A DNA stretch of 64,000 nt, taken from a virus (taxonomy: Duplodnaviria; Caudoviricetes). The stretch is from the IMG/VR virus record IMGVR_UViG_3300028591_000108, positions 64,001 through 128,000 of that record; one strand, written 5' to 3'. Below the pieces are notes generated by a model that saw only the letters and a list, made by a program, of their open reading frames with translations, had not been told where the DNA came from and did no database searches. A program made the translations under genes and the position numbers. Within the stretch, counting starts at the first letter, position 1. Each line of letters begins with the position of its first letter. Below are positions 62,799-64,000 of the stretch, one piece after another.

Positions 62799-63057
62799 TT
62801 CGTTTGGCAAGAGACGAATAATTGCAGAATGTAATACTTTTGCGGAAGTAATGACTGAAATTGATAAGTTTATTGCTGATGCGAATGATAGATGGCCGAA
62901 TAAGAGGCCATTCAAGAGATACTATACTCGTATTTGGAATGAGAATGGCGAATCTGTATTTGATGTAGGCAGCCATACAGAATTTTTCTACTTTGACCTA
63001 CCTTATCCAGAAGATGAACATGGTTTTGTCGATGAAAGCGAGGTATTTAATAAATGA
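62776..63057 (+). CDS. Hypothetical phage protein
   Basis: YYTR.W......FDVGSHTEFF. Confidence 0.65.
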   Translation: MAKLWFGNSFGKRRIIAECNTFAEVMTEIDKFIADANDRWPNKRPFKRYYTRIWNENGESVFDVGSHTEFFYFDLPYPEDEHGFVDESEVFNK

Positions 63058-63332
63058 TAACTAGCGCGGCGGTTCGCATCTATGATAAGAAGCAAGATAA
63101 AGAAATCATTTTGCCCGTGCATCGTCATTGTGATGCTTTCTATATCCTAAGAGAACTTGGATATTCTAAGGATGATTTTGAAAGCAATCTCAATGATCAG
63201 GGTTTCCTTGATGAGCATGATAATTTTTATAATAGAGTGGAGGCATGGAAACATGCTTATCTTCATGACCAGATTAATCCTGATGCTATGGGAAATTCTA
63301 TGCAATCATTATTTAGTGAGGATTTGTGGTAA
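63054..63332 (+). CDS. Hypothetical phage protein
   Basis: RH.D, QGFLD....FY.R.EA..HA, LFSEDLW. Confidence 0.7.
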   Translation: MITSAAVRIYDKKQDKEIILPVHRHCDAFYILRELGYSKDDFESNLNDQGFLDEHDNFYNRVEAWKHAYLHDQINPDAMGNSMQSLFSEDLW

Positions 63333-63544
63333 TGAGCAACGAATTTAAAGATTATTTATGGAATACAATAAGCGACGTCGTACTTAATTCTGGTATAATG
63401 GATAAGATTGAAGAAATACCAAATCCTTCCTATTCAAAAACTTACGTCTATGGATGGAAGAATGGGCAAAAAGTTTTATTGCAAGTTTGGTTTGATGACG
63501 AGCTTGAAGAATGGCGAATGGAGCATAGGGAGACAGATAAATGA
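63326..63544 (+). CDS. Hypothetical protein
   Basis: Operon spacing. Confidence 0.55.
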   Translation: MVMSNEFKDYLWNTISDVVLNSGIMDKIEEIPNPSYSKTYVYGWKNGQKVLLQVWFDDELEEWRMEHRETDK

Positions 63545-63780
63545 AAAAAATTATTCTTGTTGTTACATTAATTTTAACCTGTCTTTTAATTGCTGGATGT
63601 ACTTCAACAAAAACTTCCACGAATACGGATTATGGCATGGGCATGATTATTATGCCAGACGGCTCTATTATTAAAGGAGAATGTAGTAATTTTTGTCGTA
63701 TTTCAGGTGACTGGGCACTAGTTACAATTGATGGTGTAACATATGCTGCCAGTGATTGGCGTATTGTAAGATGGAAATAA
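63541..63780 (+). CDS. Putative lipoprotein
   Basis: MKKIILVVTLILTCLLIAG-C lipobox. Confidence 0.65.
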   Translation: MKKIILVVTLILTCLLIAGCTSTKTSTNTDYGMGMIIMPDGSIIKGECSNFCRISGDWALVTIDGVTYAASDWRIVRWK

Positions 63781-64000
63781 AGTAATTGACATTTTCTAAA
63801 TTTATGATATAATTATTATGTAAGAAAGAGAGAAAGGATGATTTAAATGGCCTGCATTTGTGAAAAAGATGGTTATCATTATTTTGAAAAACGTGATTCT
63901 ATTACATATAGAGATTTATATTATTTATATTCTGAAAATGGCGGGCCTAATGCTTCTAAGGTAGTAACAGAAAAGAATGTAGATTTGTATCTAAGAGTGA

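Overview
This is a segment of a large, AT-rich tailed phage genome, probably infecting a gut or rumen Clostridia-type Firmicute. It uses a reassigned genetic code in which TAG = Gln (table 15). The supplied ORF track therefore fragments most genes from 1 to 41.5 kb. Read through TAG, they join into full-length, correctly spaced genes: LRR and YadA-like adhesins, a ~3,090-aa virion protein, tail fibres, NlpC/P60 endolysin and holins, a SpoIID homologue missed by the track, and a SPASM radical SAM maturase. From 41.5 to 53.2 kb lies a cluster of about 24 tRNAs, headed by an amber-suppressor tRNA(CUA) whose anticodon arm matches tRNA-Trp. The most unusual signals are in this cluster. First, tRNA-Trp and tRNA-Gln (and a disrupted tRNA-Phe) each carry a second tRNA-shaped element inserted between anticodon positions 35 and 36. 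Second, six small RNAs share a closing stem plus a CAGCAA motif, and two of them hold a circularly permuted tRNA module like bacterial YrlA Y RNAs. Third, several further structured ncRNA candidates are present. Downstream (55.5-61.6 kb) are TAG-free genes for a SAM methyltransferase, a polynucleotide-kinase-like P-loop protein, a metallophosphoesterase, a TROVE/Ro-like DUF2828-vWA protein and a Pol-beta nucleotidyltransferase. Together these suggest a phage tRNA splicing/repair and Y-RNA-like system. All family assignments come from motif recognition by eye, not database searches.
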